64,000 nucleotides of DNA, taken from contig CM082586.2 in NCBI GenBank assembly GCA_040954595.2, forward strand, positions 587,123 to 651,122, read 5' to 3'. Under the pieces are notes generated by a model, which did no database searches, had not been told where the DNA came from, and saw only the letters and a program-made list of their open reading frames with translations. Every line of letters begins with the position of its first letter. Within the stretch, counting starts at the first letter, position 1. This document shows positions 61,635 through 64,000 of the stretch, one piece after another. The stretch comes from Balanoglossus misakiensis (Eukaryota; Animalia; Hemichordata). The position numbers and the translations under genes were made by a program.

Positions 61635-64000
61635 TGTGTACCGTTGTCGTGACAACTGGACGTTTTCTTCGTGTAACTATTCACCAGTCATTTTCTGAAA
61701 GAGACAAGGGGGAGAAACAGTGGTCATTTCTTAGTATTCTGTTGTAATGTTTGTATTTTACATCATGTTCATGTAAATCAAGAATATTCTCAATGGAATA
61801 TTTTGTTAGATTTTACGTGTAGCATTCAATACCTGTGGATGACTCGATTACATATACGCGTGTATCGTACAAACACAGAGACCGTTTTCATTTTTGTCAT
61901 AATAGAATAAATTTCATAAACGCAAAACTAATGTAACCACATAGTAGGCGTTAAGTAAGTTTTGATGAAATCCATTCGCATAATCGAATTAAAGGATCAA
62001 TATAAATGGATTCCTAATCTAATAAAATTATTATCTTTCAGAGAGATTGCCTAACTCGGTAGCAGTGCGATCTATTCCATTAAAATTTACGCCAAACGAT
62101 ACAAAGTATAATCAGTTAGATGTATGAAAAAATGCATTAGCCTTCCAGAGACGTATTACTATAATTTGATAAATAAATATGCTTAAATCGACACAAACTC
62201 CTACAATGCTGCTTTTCAAAGCAGCATATATTGAATAAAAGGGAAAATCGGGAATCATAATTTCGTTAAAAATTCCCACTGCTGTAATGCATGTCGGGAT
62301 GGCGCCGAATTCTTACCAATCGTAGAGACTTCGAGAGTCGTCGATTGTCGGTATTCCCTCGAATAACTTTGATTGTAGATGCATTCAATTCAAATGATTA
62401 ATTGGTGACGATTCCGCTACAGCTTGGTGTTGCATGGACAATCCATTAACAATGGCTGAACTCACTGACCGTGACCGCTAAGTATCTCAGGCTTTGTGCT
62501 TCTCAGCAATACGGTTTTCTGAACTTCTTGGACTATGTATGTGCATGAACCTTAGCGTCTGAGCTTTATATGGGAAATCACTGAATAGCGTTTGTGATTT
62601 GTATATTTACACAGCACCTGTCTACGTCAGAGTATACGTGTACGATGTGCACCCACTAAATGAGAGAGTTAGGTTGAGTCAACAAAGCTTTCTACTAAGT
62701 TATCAGAGCAGAACTGAGTTATGCTTGTGGAGGGGGCACGGTGATATATTTGGCCATCTACCGTATCCGATGACATCAACGCTGTCGTACAGTCACACTC
62801 GATAAAAGGAAAGGCTTTGATTTCCTGTTGGCTAAAGACTAAGTCCAAGGTGATTCCGTGAAATAACGGGATATTTCACCAAAACTTTAATTGGGGGAAA
62901 CAGGAGTGGTCTAATCGGTCCCACTAAATTTAAATTCAACGACTTCCGGTGTTTGTGTGTTGGTGTCCAAGCTCATCTTCTGTTTTTCTGTGGTGACGAA
63001 TTCTAGCGTACCTGTGAGACACTTTAATGACTTCTACCCTGCCTTTTGTCCTGTACTCCTGAAGTTGCCGTGATCGCCACCATAATTGGCCAACTTCGTG
63101 ATCCATCTTTAATATTAGGCAGAGCCCCTAGGTTTATTGCTACATGCACATGACCAATCGGGGGACAATAACTAAGATTTTTGACAATTGTAAAATAAAA
63201 TTGTAGCGTATACTGGGGCGTTTCGAGACAAAATTTTACAACTTGCTATAATTGATGTCGTTTTGTCAGCTTGGTCCTTATCGTGGGTTTCTCGCTGTAA
63301 ACACGTGCCTTATATTGTTTACAATAAAAAATACCAATGTTTTCAAACTTATGTTGTCGTAAAATTGGTGACAGTGGGTCTACAGCTTGATGTCGCATGG
63401 ACGATCCATTAACAAAACTACAATAGCGTGTCAAGGCATTCCTTCGTTCATCGAACAGAATGATCTATGACACTAAGCTACTTTGCATTTGTTTGCTTCG
63501 CCGCTTCGAAAAACCTTCGGACATTTGAAAGTGAATCAACTTGAAGGTCGCACGTCTTAGCCTTGTTTTCATTTTGTCCGTGAGTAATTGGAAAATAATC
63601 CATATACTTATGCATCGCAATTCATGAGATCAGTATATAGACACATTTCAAAGCCGCCACCTCTTTTATAACACGTGGCAGTCATGGGGGGGGGGACTGT
63701 GGTATGAATGGTATCCTGTACTTGTAGGGCTTCTTATGGGTTGAAAATCAAGTGCTATTTACTGCCAAAGTGGTAATAAGATTTGTACGTATTAGCCTGA
63801 GACTGTTTTGAAAGACAGACAACATTATCACCCATAATGCGATCGATTATTCACGAATAATTTTCAGCATGTGGTGGTGTGTTATCTGTGTCCTGAAACC
63901 AATCATTGATCTGAATATTTACGCAGATGTTTGATGTTACGTCACACAATATGGTACACCTGTTTAGTCAATCAATAGACAAGTGGTACCAGACGGTGAA

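Noticed and set aside
1-64000. CRISPR arrays, rRNA/tRNA genes, operons, autonomous transposase or RT ORFs
   Set aside because: None seen; the sequence is spliceosomal-intron eukaryotic DNA, and its repeats are microsatellites, MITEs or segmental duplications.

Overview
Eukaryotic, intron-containing, AT-rich animal genomic DNA. A marine invertebrate, possibly a hemichordate or echinoderm, is my inference and is not proven. Exon models were assembled by hand from GT-AG sites with phase checks. Left to right: (1) a cluster of three death-domain (DD) genes: a CARD-DD adaptor of CRADD/RAIDD architecture, a divergent coiled-coil-DD gene, and a 649-aa gene whose N-terminus resembles the microtubule-lumen protein SPACA9 fused to a C-terminal DD; (2) three 8-coding-exon SLCO/OATP paralogs (-,+,-) produced by a direct plus an inverted duplication, with gene-conversion-like mosaicism and a captured dead fragment of the SPACA9-DD gene; (3) RAD21 (9 coding exons), head-to-head with a Bfr1/proton-pump-interactor-like coiled-coil gene; (4) three tandem SLC16 (MCT-family) genes, with a TIR element and a fold-back element; (5) an uncharacterised single-coding-exon coiled-coil gene. 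The best candidate for a novel system is the DD cluster, especially the SPACA9-DD fusion. All homology calls come from remembered motifs, not database searches.
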